Shown: positions 1-9,259, counted from the stretch's first letter. The stretch is DNA of 32,000 nucleotides from Desulfotalea psychrophila LSv54 (GCF_000025945.1 NC_006138.1:1140001-1172000); one strand, 5' to 3'. Numbers and translations: made by a program. Notes: generated from the letters alone by a model not told the origin.

Positions 1-731
1 GCTACTATCATAATAATATTACGGGAACCTTGGTTCTCTGTGGTCTTATGGCTAAACATGGGGTGAAGAATATCATCTTCAGCTCTTCGGCTACGGTTTA
101 TGGTGATCCGGCAAGGGTTCCCATAACCGAGGACTTTCCTCTTTCCTGTGCCAACCCCTACGGTCGAACAAAGTTGATGGTGGAGGAGATTCTTGCCGAT
201 CTTCATGGGGCAGATCATGAGTGGAACGCCTGTCTGCTTCGCTATTTTAATCCGGTTGGCGCCCATAAAAGTGGCCGGATAGGGGAAGATCCAGATGGCA
301 TTCCTAATAATCTTATTCCCTATATCGCTCAGGTTGCCATTGGTCGCCTTGACTGTCTCTCGGTTTTTGGTAATGATTACCCAACGGTTGATGGCACGGG
401 GGTACGGGACTATATCCATGTGGTTGATCTGGCCAAGGGTCATGTCTGTGCTGTGAAAAAGGTTCTTGAGGGTCGGGGTGTCACAACCTACAACTTGGGC
501 ACGGGCCTTGGTTATAGTGTGCTTGAGATAGTGGATGCCTTTTCCCGGGCCTGCGGACGTGATATTGCCTATAAGATCGTGGCGAGGCGAGCTGGTGATA
601 TAGCAGCGTGCTATGCGGATTCCGCCAAGGCTCTGACAGAGCTTGGTTGGTCGGCCTCTCTGGGGCTTGCGGAGATGTGCGAAGATACCTGGCGTTGGCA
701 GGAAAATAATCCTACGGGATATCGCTCATAG
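1..731 (+). CDS. galE: UDP-glucose 4-epimerase, 5'-truncated by the window edge
   Basis: The frame is open to position 3 ([12 protein letters not shown]...). Extended-SDR epimerase motifs are present: [13 protein letters not shown] (YxxxK), [23 protein letters not shown] stop at 729-731. Confidence 0.9.
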   Translation, partial: YYHNNITGTLVLCGLMAKHGVKNIIFSSSATVYGDPARVPITEDFPLSCANPYGRTKLMVEEILADLHGADHEWNACLLRYFNPVGAHKSGRIGEDPDGIPNNLIPYIAQVAIGRLDCLSVFGNDYPTVDGTGVRDYIHVVDLAKGHVCAVKKVLEGRGVTTYNLGTGLGYSVLEIVDAFSRACGRDIAYKIVARRAGDIAACYADSAKALTELGWSASLGLAEMCEDTWRWQENNPTGYRS

Positions 732-748
732 GAAATCTTGAAAAAACC

Positions 749-825
749 GGTAAATTCGATAAGAAACAGTCTCGATTGCTGTGCCTATGCTGTAGGCACA
801 GAGATCATTTATTTCGAATTTTACC
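749..825 (+). terminator. Nested inverted repeats downstream of galE (possible compound terminator)
   Basis: Outer arms GGTAAATTCGA (749-759) and TCGAATTTTACC (814-825) enclose the inner hairpin CTGTGCCT/AGGCACAG (779-801). A/T-rich sequence follows, but there is no clean U-tract. Confidence 0.3.
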
Positions 826-1169
826 TACCTTTATAATAAATTTTATTTAAAGGTTAATACTTTGTAGTAAGGGACGTTAAACGTTTCCCGACAGAGGAGG
901 TAAAACTCCTGAATTCCCCTCTGATTTGATCTTTTCCCGTAGTGGCTTCTTGCCTCTCTAAGGGAATCTGCTTTGATAAAAATAAACATCGTTTTAAAAT
1001 TATCTGCTCAACTTATCTGAGAAAAATGTAAATGAGGACCGGAATGGCTGTTATTTGAAAAAGCTATATCTGGTAAAGCTTTTTTCTTATTTTGTTTAGT
1101 AAGTGATAATGGTAGGTTCTGAAAATATATTAAGTATAAGGCAAAGTAATATTAACTATAAGGTAGGGT

Positions 1170-1661
1170 ATGTCTTTGAAAAAGTGTTCTACAATGATTT
1201 TTGGTTGCGGCAATATAACCATGGGGGATGATGGTTTTGGTCCCGCTGTGATTGATGAGTTGCATGCTCATTATGAATTGCCCGAGGGGGTACAGGCCAT
1301 CGATGCGGATACCGGTATTCGCGAGTATCTTTTTGATTATCTTCTCTCTGAAGAGGATCGGCCTGATCGTATAATTGTCTTAGATGCAGTTGATTTCCCT
1401 GATAGAAATCCTGGCGAGGTGTTCTATATCGCGCCCGATAGCATTCCTTCCCAAAAGATTCATGACTTTTCGCTTCATCAATTCCCTACAGTAAATATGT
1501 TATTAGAGTTGGAACAGTATACAGGAATGGAAATAAAGATATTGGCAGCCCAAATAGAGTGTATTCCGAAAGAAATTGCTCCTGGGCTGTCGGAACCAAT
1601 GTCAAAAGCTGTTCCTGCGGCATGTGAGATGATCTCACAAATTCTTTTAGAAAAAAGCTAA
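1170..1661 (+). CDS. NiFe-hydrogenase maturation endopeptidase (HybD/HycI/FrhD family)
   Basis: N-terminal FGCGNITMGDDGFGPAV matches the GxGNxxxxDDGxG signature of hydrogenase C-terminal processing proteases. Size is about 160 aa. It is the first gene of the hydrogenase operon, with AAGGTAGGG upstream of the ATG. Confidence 0.85.
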   Translation: MSLKKCSTMIFGCGNITMGDDGFGPAVIDELHAHYELPEGVQAIDADTGIREYLFDYLLSEEDRPDRIIVLDAVDFPDRNPGEVFYIAPDSIPSQKIHDFSLHQFPTVNMLLELEQYTGMEIKILAAQIECIPKEIAPGLSEPMSKAVPAACEMISQILLEKS

Positions 1662-1676
1662 ATGAGGTGACCTTTT

Positions 1677-3164
1677 ATGAAGTATGAATTTAAAGTCAGC
1701 GAAATAGCAGAGGAATTTGGTGTTCATTCGACGACCATAAAAAATTGGATTAAATCCGGTTCTCTTTCTGCAAAGGAAGGGCCTGGATCCAAATATCTTA
1801 TGGAGTTTAGTGACTATCAAGACTTTTGCGATCGGTTTGGAGTTGAACCAAGTGTTCGACCTCTGAACCATGTACACAAGGATCCGTGTACTATTCAACA
1901 GGAAGCACAACCTATACTTGAGCCGATGACGCTTGATGGTAAAAAGAGTGCGCTTGCAGTTGATCCATCATGGGCGTCATCCTGTCTAACCTGCGGCACC
2001 TGTGCTGCCGCCTGCCCTATTGCTGGTGTCGATGGGCTTGATCCACGTAAGATAGTGCGCATGGCAGTTTTGGGTATGGATGAGGAGTTGATAAATTCGA
2101 CCTGGCCATGGAAGTGTACCATGTGTGGCAAGTGCGAGGAGTCCTGTCCTGCAGATATTCAAATTACAGCCCTCATAAGAAAAATTCGCGGAGCCCGTGA
2201 AAGAGATCTTGTTCCAGGTCCTATTCACAAGGGTGTGATGATGTGTCTTGAGCGTGGTAACAACCTTGGTATTCCAAAGGATGACTTTGTCTTCCTTCTT
2301 GAAGAGCTTGGTGAAGAGCTTGCTGAGGATTGCTGTCCTGGTTTTGTAACTCCCGTTGAGGTTGAAGGCGCTCGGGTGATGGTTACCGTGAACTCCAAAG
2401 AACCCTTTGGTGAGCCCGATGATATGAAGTGGTGGTGGAAGATTTTTTATGCCGCGGGAGAGTCCTGGACTATTCCATCTGAGCATTGGGAAGGTGTTAA
2501 CTGGGGACTGTTTTCCGGTGACGATGAGTCACAAAAAAAGATTGTTGGTCGACTCGTAAATAATATGAGACGGCTCAAGTGTAAGGTACTGTTGCTACCC
2601 GAGTGAGGCCATGCATATTTCGCGACCCGGTCTGGGTTGCTCAAATGGTTTCCTGAAGCACTTGAAGAATTTAAGATTGTTACAGTGTTTGATCTCCTCC
2701 TCGAGTATCTCCACGAAGGAAAAATTAAGCTTGATAAAGAGCTTCATCGCAATATTCCAACCGCATATCACGATCCCTGTAACTATGGTCGTAAGTCCCT
2801 GAAGGCTTTTGGACAGGCATATTTTGAAGAGGGGCGTGAAGTAGCAAGTGCCTGTTGTGATGATCTTCGCGAGTTGAATCCAAATAGAAACGGTGCATAC
2901 TGTTGTGGTGCTGGTGGCGGTACATGGGCCTTACCGTATAGTGAAGAGCGTATTTATTATGGTCGAACCAAGGCACGACAGATTGAAGAGTCCGGGGCAA
3001 AGCTTGTTGTAGCTCCATGTCATAACTGTCGCGATCAGATTATGAAGTCCCTGAAAAAAGAGTATAGCCTTGATATTGAGGTGAAGTATCTTTGGGAACT
3101 CATTGCTGATTCTTTGATTATGCCAGGTAAGGATAAGGCAGAGCCAGTTAAAGAGCATTACTAA
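1677..3164 (+). CDS. HTH (excisionase/MerR-like) - HdrC-like (2x[4Fe-4S]) - HdrB-like (CCG domain) fusion, selenoprotein with UGA-Sec at 2604-2606
   Basis: ORF-track pieces 1677..2606 and 2637..3164 are in the same frame (both coordinates are 0 mod 3), and the only stop between them is TGA 2604. The joined reading is ...KVLLLPE-U-GHAYFATRSGLLKWFPE.... N-terminus: KVSEIAEEFGVHSTTIKNWIKSGSL (HTH). Middle: CLTCGTCAAACP and CTMCGKCEESCP. C-terminus: HDPCNYGR, CCGAGGG, APCHNCRDQ (CCG domain). GAGGTGA SD lies 6 nt before the ATG. Confidence 0.75.
2618..2645 (+). promoter_or_regulatory. SECIS-like hairpin downstream of UGA 2604
   Basis: UUU-c-GCGACCC[GGUCU]GGGUUGC-uc-AAA. The core stem is 7 bp with one G.U pair. 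The apical loop GGUCU starts 25 nt after the U of the UGA and resembles the GGUC loop I recall from E. coli fdhF SECIS. Confidence 0.55.
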
Positions 3165-3269
3165 AGTATGCATATCTATTTGGGCCTTTTGGAGCCAAAT
3201 ATTGACCAGGAATGATCTGTAAGATATTTACAGACTATCTATATTATTAATCGAGAGGAGACACCTGTC

Positions 3270-6200
3270 ATGCTGGACAAGAAGAAGGTTGGGTCGGTAA
3301 TGATTGTGGGAGGTGGAGTAACGGGCATGCAGTCAGCCCTTGATCTCGCTGATGCCGGATATTTCGTCTACCTGATTGAAAAATCAGGTGCTATCGGCGG
3401 AGCCATGGCTCAGTTGGATAAAACTTTTCCTACCAACGATTGCTCGATGTGAATTATCGCGCCTAAATTGGTTGAGTGCGGTCGGCACTTAAATATAAAG
3501 TTGATGACTCTCAGTGAAGTAACTAATATCGCAGGTTCTGCGGGTGACTTTACTGTAACTGTAAAAGAATCTCCACGTTATGTGGATATGGATAAATGTA
3601 TTGCCTGTGGTGCATGTACTGATAAATGTCCGAAGAAGGTCGATAGCGAGTATGACGAAAAGACCGGAAAGCGTAAGGCCATTTTTGTAAAGTATGCCCA
3701 GGCGGTACCACTTAAGTATCAAATTGATCCTCTGAACTGTCTGCGTCTTACCGCCATGCGTAATGGTAAGGAAAAACTTCCCTGTGGATTTTGTGAGCAG
3801 GTTTGTGACGCTGGCGCTATTAACTATAACGATACCGAAAAGACTCATGAGTTGAACGTAGGTGCTGTTGTTTTGGCTCCTGGCTTTGAGTCCCATGATC
3901 CCACCGGAGATGGTGTTTGGGGTTATGGCGTATATCCAAACGTTATTACCGCCATGCAACTGGAGAGATATCTCTCTGCCTCTGGGCCAACCGAGGGCCA
4001 TATAGTTCGTCCTTCCGATGGACAGAAAGCGCGAAAAATAGCATTTTTGCAATGTGTTGGCTCTCGTGATCAGAATCTCTGTGATAATGGTTACTGCTCT
4101 TCTGTCTGTTGTATGTATGCGATAAAAGAAGCTGTTATGGCCAAGGAACATGTAGCAGGGCTTGAAACAGACATCTTCTATATGGACATGCGTACCCATG
4201 GCAAAGAGTTTGATAAGTACATGGAGAAAGCCAAAGAGAAATCAGGCGTACGTTTCGTCCGATCTCGGGTAAATGGCGTTGAACCTCAGGGTGAGGCCGG
4301 TGATCTTCGTTTGAAGTATATGAACGAAAATGGTCATCAAATAGAAGAGTGTTATGACATGGTTGTCCTCTCTGTGGGCCTTCAAACTCCAAAGCATGTG
4401 TTGGAGCTTGCCAAGACTGCGGGTATTGAGATCACTAAGGATAACTTTGCCAAAACGCCAGATTTTGCTCCGGTCCAAACCTCTCGTGAGGGTGTTTTTA
4501 CCTGTGGTGCCTTTGCCGGTCCTAAGGATATTCCTCAGTCTGTTGTTGAGGGTTCAGCGGCAGCTGCAGCGGTTGCTGAACTGCTTGCCCCATCCCGTAA
4601 CCAGTTTACCCACTCGGTAACCTGGCCAGCAGAGCGTGATATTCGTGAGGAAGAGCCGAAGGTTGGTGTCTTTATTTGTCATTGTGGTTCTAACATTGCC
4701 GGTGTGGTTGATGTGGCAGCGGTTGAAGAGTATGCCGCAACCCTTCCTCATGTGGCCTATGTTGAGAGAAATCTCTTCTCCTGTTCTCAGGATGCTCAGG
4801 AAAAAATTGCGGCAACCATTAAGGAACAGGGTCTTAACCGTATTGTTATTGCCGCCTGTACGCCACGAACCCATGAGCCTCTGTTTCGTGAGACTCTGAA
4901 GGCAGCAGGGCTGAATGAATACCTCGTTGAGATGGCTAATATTAGAAACCATGACTCCTGGGTTCATTCCGATAACCCTAAAATGGCAACGATTAAGGCC
5001 AAGGATCTGATACGGATGGCTGCTGCCAAGGTAGTCTTTGGTGAGTCTCTTAAGCCTATCTCTGTACCCATTAACCAGACAGCTCTGATTATCGGTGGTG
5101 GTGTAGCTGGAATGACTTCTGCCCTGAATCTTGCCGAGCAGGGTTTTAATGTTAATCTTGTGGAAAAAAGCGATACCCTTGGTGGTGCTGCTTTGAAGAT
5201 TAAGCATACCTGGTCCGGTGAAGATGTTGCCTCTCAGGTGGCGACCCTTGTCGATAAGATCACCTGGAACGACAAGGTTACCGTTTTCAAAGAATCTGAA
5301 GTTGTTGCATCCGAAGGTTTTGTCGGTAACTTCAAGTCAACCATTCTCCATGGCGGTGAAGATTACAACGTTATCAAGCACGGTGTTGGTATTGTGGCAA
5401 TTGGTGGAGTCGAGTACAAGCCAAACGAGTACGGTTACGGTGAAATTGCCGGGGTAAAGACCAGTACTGAGTTTGATAATACTCCCCTCAGCCCGTCTGC
5501 CAAGACCTTTGTCTTCATTCAATGTGTTGGTTCCCGAGAGGGAGACAATATGTACTGCTCTAAGGTTTGCTGTACCCATTCTGTGCAGTCTGCCATTGAG
5601 CTGAAGGAAGCTGATCCGGCGCGTAATGTTTATATTCTCTATCGTGAGATGCGTACCTACGGTCAGCGTGAGGCATTGTATCAAAAGGCTCGTAAACTTG
5701 GTGTTATATTTATCAATTACGAGAGTCACGGTAAACCTGTGGTAAGTACGGTTGATGGTGCTATTCGAGTGGATGTTTGGGATCATGTCTTGAACTGTCC
5801 GCTGAAGATTATGGCAGATAATTTGATCCTGGCTACAGCCGTTCGGCCAAGTACTGATGCCGGAGCTATCTCTAAGCTGTACAAGGTGCCTGTTGATGCC
5901 GATGGCTTTTTTCTTGAGGCCCATGCCAAGTTGCGTCCCGTTGATTTTTCAACGGATGGAATGTATGTCGCAGGTATGGCCCATTATCCCAAGCCTATTG
6001 AAGAGTCTGTGGCTCAGGCACTTGCCGCAGCTGCCCGGGCGGCAACGGTTCTCTCTAAGACCGAGGTAACACTTGATGCTGTGAAGGCCACCGTTGATCC
6101 CGACTTTTGTGATGGCTGTGCCCTCTGTGTGGATGTTTGCCCATACGGTGCCATTACCCTTGGTTCCCGTTCGGATGATCTGCCTAGTCGTATTATCAGC

Positions 6201-6326
6201 GTTAATGAGGCGAAGTGTAAAGGCTGTGGCTTATGTCAGGCGACATGTCCTAAGAGAGGCGTCTATGTTGCTGGATTTACCATGCAACAGATAAGCAGTC
6301 AGATTGCTGCCGCTCTTGAGGTCTAG
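3270..6326 (+). CDS. hdrA: Heterodisulfide reductase subunit A-like flavoprotein, tandem (double) HdrA of about 1018 aa, selenoprotein with UGA-Sec at 3450-3452
   Basis: Pieces 3270..3452 and 3468..6326 share a frame. The joined reading is [23 protein letters not shown], which matches the HdrA FPTxDCSMCI motif with U in place of C. There are two GxGxxG FAD folds: [10 protein letters not shown] near 3300 and [10 protein letters not shown] near 5090. Other elements are an inserted ferredoxin ([12 protein letters not shown]), the internal motif [17 protein letters not shown] (the HdrA N-domain type) and a C-terminal 2x[4Fe-4S] ([24 protein letters not shown]). GAGAGGAGA SD. Confidence 0.85.
3472..3492 (+). 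promoter_or_regulatory. SECIS-like hairpin downstream of UGA 3450
   Basis: UUGAGUGC[GGUCG]GCACUUAA forms an 8-bp stem with one G.U pair. The loop starts 30 nt after the U of the UGA. Confidence 0.5.
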
Positions 6327-6377
6327 TCGTTACCTGTACATAAAATGAACATGAGGATTAAATAAGGAGTAGATCAC

Positions 6378-6800
6378 ATGAGTTTTGAGCCTAAAATCAT
6401 TGCATTTTGTTGCAACTGGTGCTCATACGCCGCAGCTGATCTGGCGGGAGTGTCCAGGATGCAGTATCCGCATAATGTACGGATTATCCGTGTTATGTGC
6501 TCAGGTATGGTTCATCCTGAATTTGTTATGGATGCCCTGCACCAGGGTGCAGACGGTGTCATGGTACTTGGCTGACACCTCGGTGAATGTCATTACCTGG
6601 ATGGTAATTATATAGCAGAGACCCGTTCTGATATGATCACGAGCATGTTGGAAGACATGGGATATGAGAAAGAACGATATGGTGTGAGTTGGGTATCTTC
6701 AGCCGAGCCGGATAAGTTTGTTAAGGCTGTGACTGAGATGACTGCCCGTATCAAGAAACTTGGACCTGTCCAAACTGAAAGCCCCGCTCAGGCGGTGTAA
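6378..6800 (+). CDS. mvhD: MvhD/VhuD-type hydrogenase delta subunit ([2Fe-2S] electron-transfer protein), selenoprotein with UGA-Sec at 6573-6575
   Basis: [36 protein letters not shown]...[22 protein letters not shown]. This is the MvhD signature GCHxGxCHY with U replacing the first Cys. The frame continues with no other stop to TAA 6798-6800. AAGGAG SD. Confidence 0.85.
6592..6608 (+). promoter_or_regulatory. SECIS-like hairpin downstream of UGA 6573
   Basis: AUUACC[UGGAU]GGUAAU forms a perfect 6-bp stem. The first loop G is 26 nt after the U of the UGA. Confidence 0.45.
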
Positions 6801-6810
6801 AGGAGGCGAT

Positions 6811-7752
6811 ATGGGTGTGAAAACAGCTATGGAATGGTTGAGCTCATGTTCTGGATGCGAAATCGCTATCCTGAATATAGGTGAAGATCTTATTCCAATT
6901 ATTACTGAAGCGTTGGATATTGTTCATGCACCGGTACTTATGGATCATAAGTACTTTGGACAGACCGGTGAGGGCCTGACCCTGGAAATACCAGAGGCAA
7001 CTATTGGTATTGTTAGCGGTGGCGTAGCCAATGAAGAGCATATCGAAGTGCTTGAGGAGATGAGAAAGAAATGTACTATTCTTATCGCCCTTGGAACCTG
7101 TGCAACCCATGGTGGTATCCCCGCTCTGATGAATGGGCAGGATCGAGCCCAGAGTTGGAAAGAGATTTATCAAACAAAGACCACCGATCCCGGGGGAGAA
7201 GTTCCCAATGTGGAAGTTCCTGCTCCTCTTGACCGTGTTTATGCCTGTGATGAGAAGGTAAAGATTGATCTGCAGTTGCCAGGATGTCCTCCAAATCCTG
7301 CCCATATTGCCGAGGTGATCTTTTCTCTTCTTGAGGACCGACCACCGGTTCTTCCTGGTAAGAGTGTTTGTGATACCTGCCCGACCAAGCGTGAGGGTAA
7401 GGGTGATGTAAGTAAGCTGAGACGTTTTCTTACAAACGCTGAATTTGAGCCAGGCGAACCTATTGATGAAATGCGCTGTCTGCTTGAGCAGGGATACCTC
7501 TGTATGGGGCCGGTAACTGCTGCAGGCTGTGCAAGAAATGGTGCTCCTAGCTGTATTGCTGCTCGCGTTCCCTGTCGTGGTTGCTTTGGGCCTGTTCGTG
7601 GCGCTGGTAATCAAATGTTGGATATGATGAACGCATTGGCAAGTAATGGAATTGATTGTAGTTCTGTTATTGATCGTCGCTCTATGTTACGCTTTTCAGG
7701 TGCGCATGGAATGCTACGGCCTGTAAAAAAAATGGTTGTTAAGGAGGACTAA
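6811..7752 (+). CDS. mvhG: Group-3c NiFe hydrogenase small subunit (MvhG-like)
   Basis: Start chosen at ATG 6811, just after AGGAGG (6801-6806) and 10 nt after the mvhD stop. The sequence MGVKTAMEWLSSCSGCEIAILN is the small-subunit proximal-cluster motif, with further Cys clusters (GTCATHGG, CPPNP, CRGCFGP). Confidence 0.85.
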   Translation: MGVKTAMEWLSSCSGCEIAILNIGEDLIPIITEALDIVHAPVLMDHKYFGQTGEGLTLEIPEATIGIVSGGVANEEHIEVLEEMRKKCTILIALGTCATHGGIPALMNGQDRAQSWKEIYQTKTTDPGGEVPNVEVPAPLDRVYACDEKVKIDLQLPGCPPNPAHIAEVIFSLLEDRPPVLPGKSVCDTCPTKREGKGDVSKLRRFLTNAEFEPGEPIDEMRCLLEQGYLCMGPVTAAGCARNGAPSCIAARVPCRGCFGPVRGAGNQMLDMMNALASNGIDCSSVIDRRSMLRFSGAHGMLRPVKKMVVKED

Positions 7753-7753
7753 G

Positions 7754-9202
7754 ATGGGAAAGGTATTAACGATTGCACCTGTTACCCGTATTGAGGGTCA
7801 CGCAAAAATTGCCATTCATTTAGATGATACGGGCAATGTGGAAAATGCATTTTTGCATATTCAGTCCCTGCGCGGATTTGAGAAGTTTATTGAGGGGCGT
7901 CCTGCAGAGGAAGTGCCTCGTCTGGTAAATAGAATTTGTGGTATCTGTCCTTGGATGCATCACATTGCCTCCAATAAGGCAGTTGATCGTTGTTTCGATG
8001 TAACCCCTACGGCAACCGGTTATAAGTTGCGTGAGTTGTGTCAGGTTTTGGCTCATGTCAACGATAAGATTCTTCACTTCTTCTTTTTGGCGGCCCCGGA
8101 TTTTGTTCTTGGACCAGATGCAGATCACTCTGTACGTAATGTTATGGGCGTTGTTAAGGCGGCTCCGGAACTTGCGTCCAAGGTTGTGAAGATGCGTCAG
8201 CTTGGTCAGATGATGTTGGAGAAATTTGCTGGCAAGGCTATTCACCCAATTGCCGGTGTTGTCGGTGGTTTTTCCAAGCCAATGGTTGAAGAGGAACGTA
8301 AGGAGTTGCTGGAAGGTGCCCGTACTCTGCTTGACTTCTCCACCTATGCCCTTGATTTTGCTATTAACAATGTATTTTCAAAGTACATGGACGTTATTGG
8401 TGAGCTTGGCGTTATTAAGACTGGTTTCCTCGGTACAGTTGATCGTCAGGATGGATCACTTCGTCTCTTCGATGGTAACCTGCGGATGATGAAGGCAGAT
8501 GGTAGCTTTGAAGAGTTTCAAAACCGTGATTATGCTGACCATATTGGTGAGCATACGGTGCCTTGGGGCTATTCTAAAATGCCATATGCCAAGTTTTGGA
8601 ATGAGGGCTTTGATATGAGCCTTGGTGCTCCAAAGGGTATTTATCGTTCTAATACCCTGGCCCGTATCAATGTTTGTGACAAGATCTCCACTCCAAAGGC
8701 CCAGGCAGCACTTGAAGCCTTCCGTGAGTTATTTGGTCGTCCTGCCCAACAGACTCTGCTTTATCATTATGCTCGCCTGATTGAGATGGTTTATGCCTGT
8801 GAGCGAACTATTGAGCTCCTCGAGTGGGATGGTATTACCGATCCTCATGTTCGTGCGGAGGTTACCCCGCGGGCAGGTCGTGGTGTGGGTGTGGTTGAGG
8901 CCCCTCGTGGTACTCTTATTCATGATTACACAACCGATGATGATGGCTGTGTTACCAGTGCAAATCTTATTGTGGGTACCACCCACAATATTGCGCCGAT
9001 GAATATGTCTGTGAGACAGGCGGCAAGTTCACTCATCAAAGATGGAAAATATGATGAGGGCATTCTTAACAGGGTAGAGATGGCTGTTCGGGCCTATGAC
9101 CCCTGAATGTCTTGCGCTACCCACCGCCTGGATGGCGGTCTTCCAGTAACTGTATCTATTATGGATAAAGAAGGTGTAGAAATTGACAGAATTGTCAAAT
9201 AA
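7754..9202 (+). CDS. mvhA: [NiFeSe] hydrogenase large subunit (MvhA/VhuA-like) with UGA-Sec at 9104-9106
   Basis: Start at ATG 7754 after AAGGAGGA. The N-terminal Ni-ligand motif is RICGICPWMH (RxCGxCxxxH). The track ORF ends ...VRAYDP at TGA 9104. The same frame continues MSCATHRLDGGLPVTVSIMDKEGVEIDRIVK to TAA 9200-9202, giving DP-U-MSC-ATH, the DPCxxCxxH C-terminal Ni-ligand motif with Sec at the first Cys. Confidence 0.9.
9123..9139 (+). promoter_or_regulatory. SECIS-like hairpin downstream of UGA 9104
   Basis: ACCGCC[UGGAU]GGCGGU forms a perfect 6-bp stem. The first loop G is 26 nt after the U of the UGA. Loop and offset are the same as in the mvhD hairpin. Confidence 0.5.
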
Positions 9203-9259
9203 TCTTCGGTAGGTTATCCTTGTCACCGTGTCATATTTGCCGTGGCGGTTTATTGAAAA

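Noticed and set aside
3489-5924. Several 195-236-aa ORFs on the - strand inside hdrA (3489..4199, 4554..5207, 5337..5924)
   Set aside because: They are antisense shadows of a motif-rich coding sequence, and their translations have no recognisable domains.
6385-6615. 76-aa ORF in the +1 frame overlapping mvhD
   Set aside because: It is an alternative frame of the mvhD coding region. The mvhD frame carries the conserved CCNWC and CHY motifs, while this frame carries none.
6760-6810. Upstream extensions offered by the ORF track: mvhG from 6760, mvhA from 7736, lutBA to 15044, permease to 20264, regulator to 22054, ATPase to 27946
   Set aside because: In each case a downstream ATG is preceded by a good SD and abuts or slightly overlaps the previous gene's stop. 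The extensions overlap upstream genes or lack an SD, and they add non-homologous residues.
1677-9202. Reading the TGA-split ORF pairs (1677/2637, 3270/3468, 6378/6576, 7754/9107) as pseudogenes, sequencing errors or genuinely separate small genes
   Set aside because: All four breaks are TGA, never TAA or TAG. All are in frame, with no frameshift needed. All fall on motif positions normally occupied by Cys (CSMC, GCHxGxCHY, DPCxxCxxH), and all are followed by a hairpin at a similar offset. Four independent nonsense mutations sharing these properties are very unlikely.
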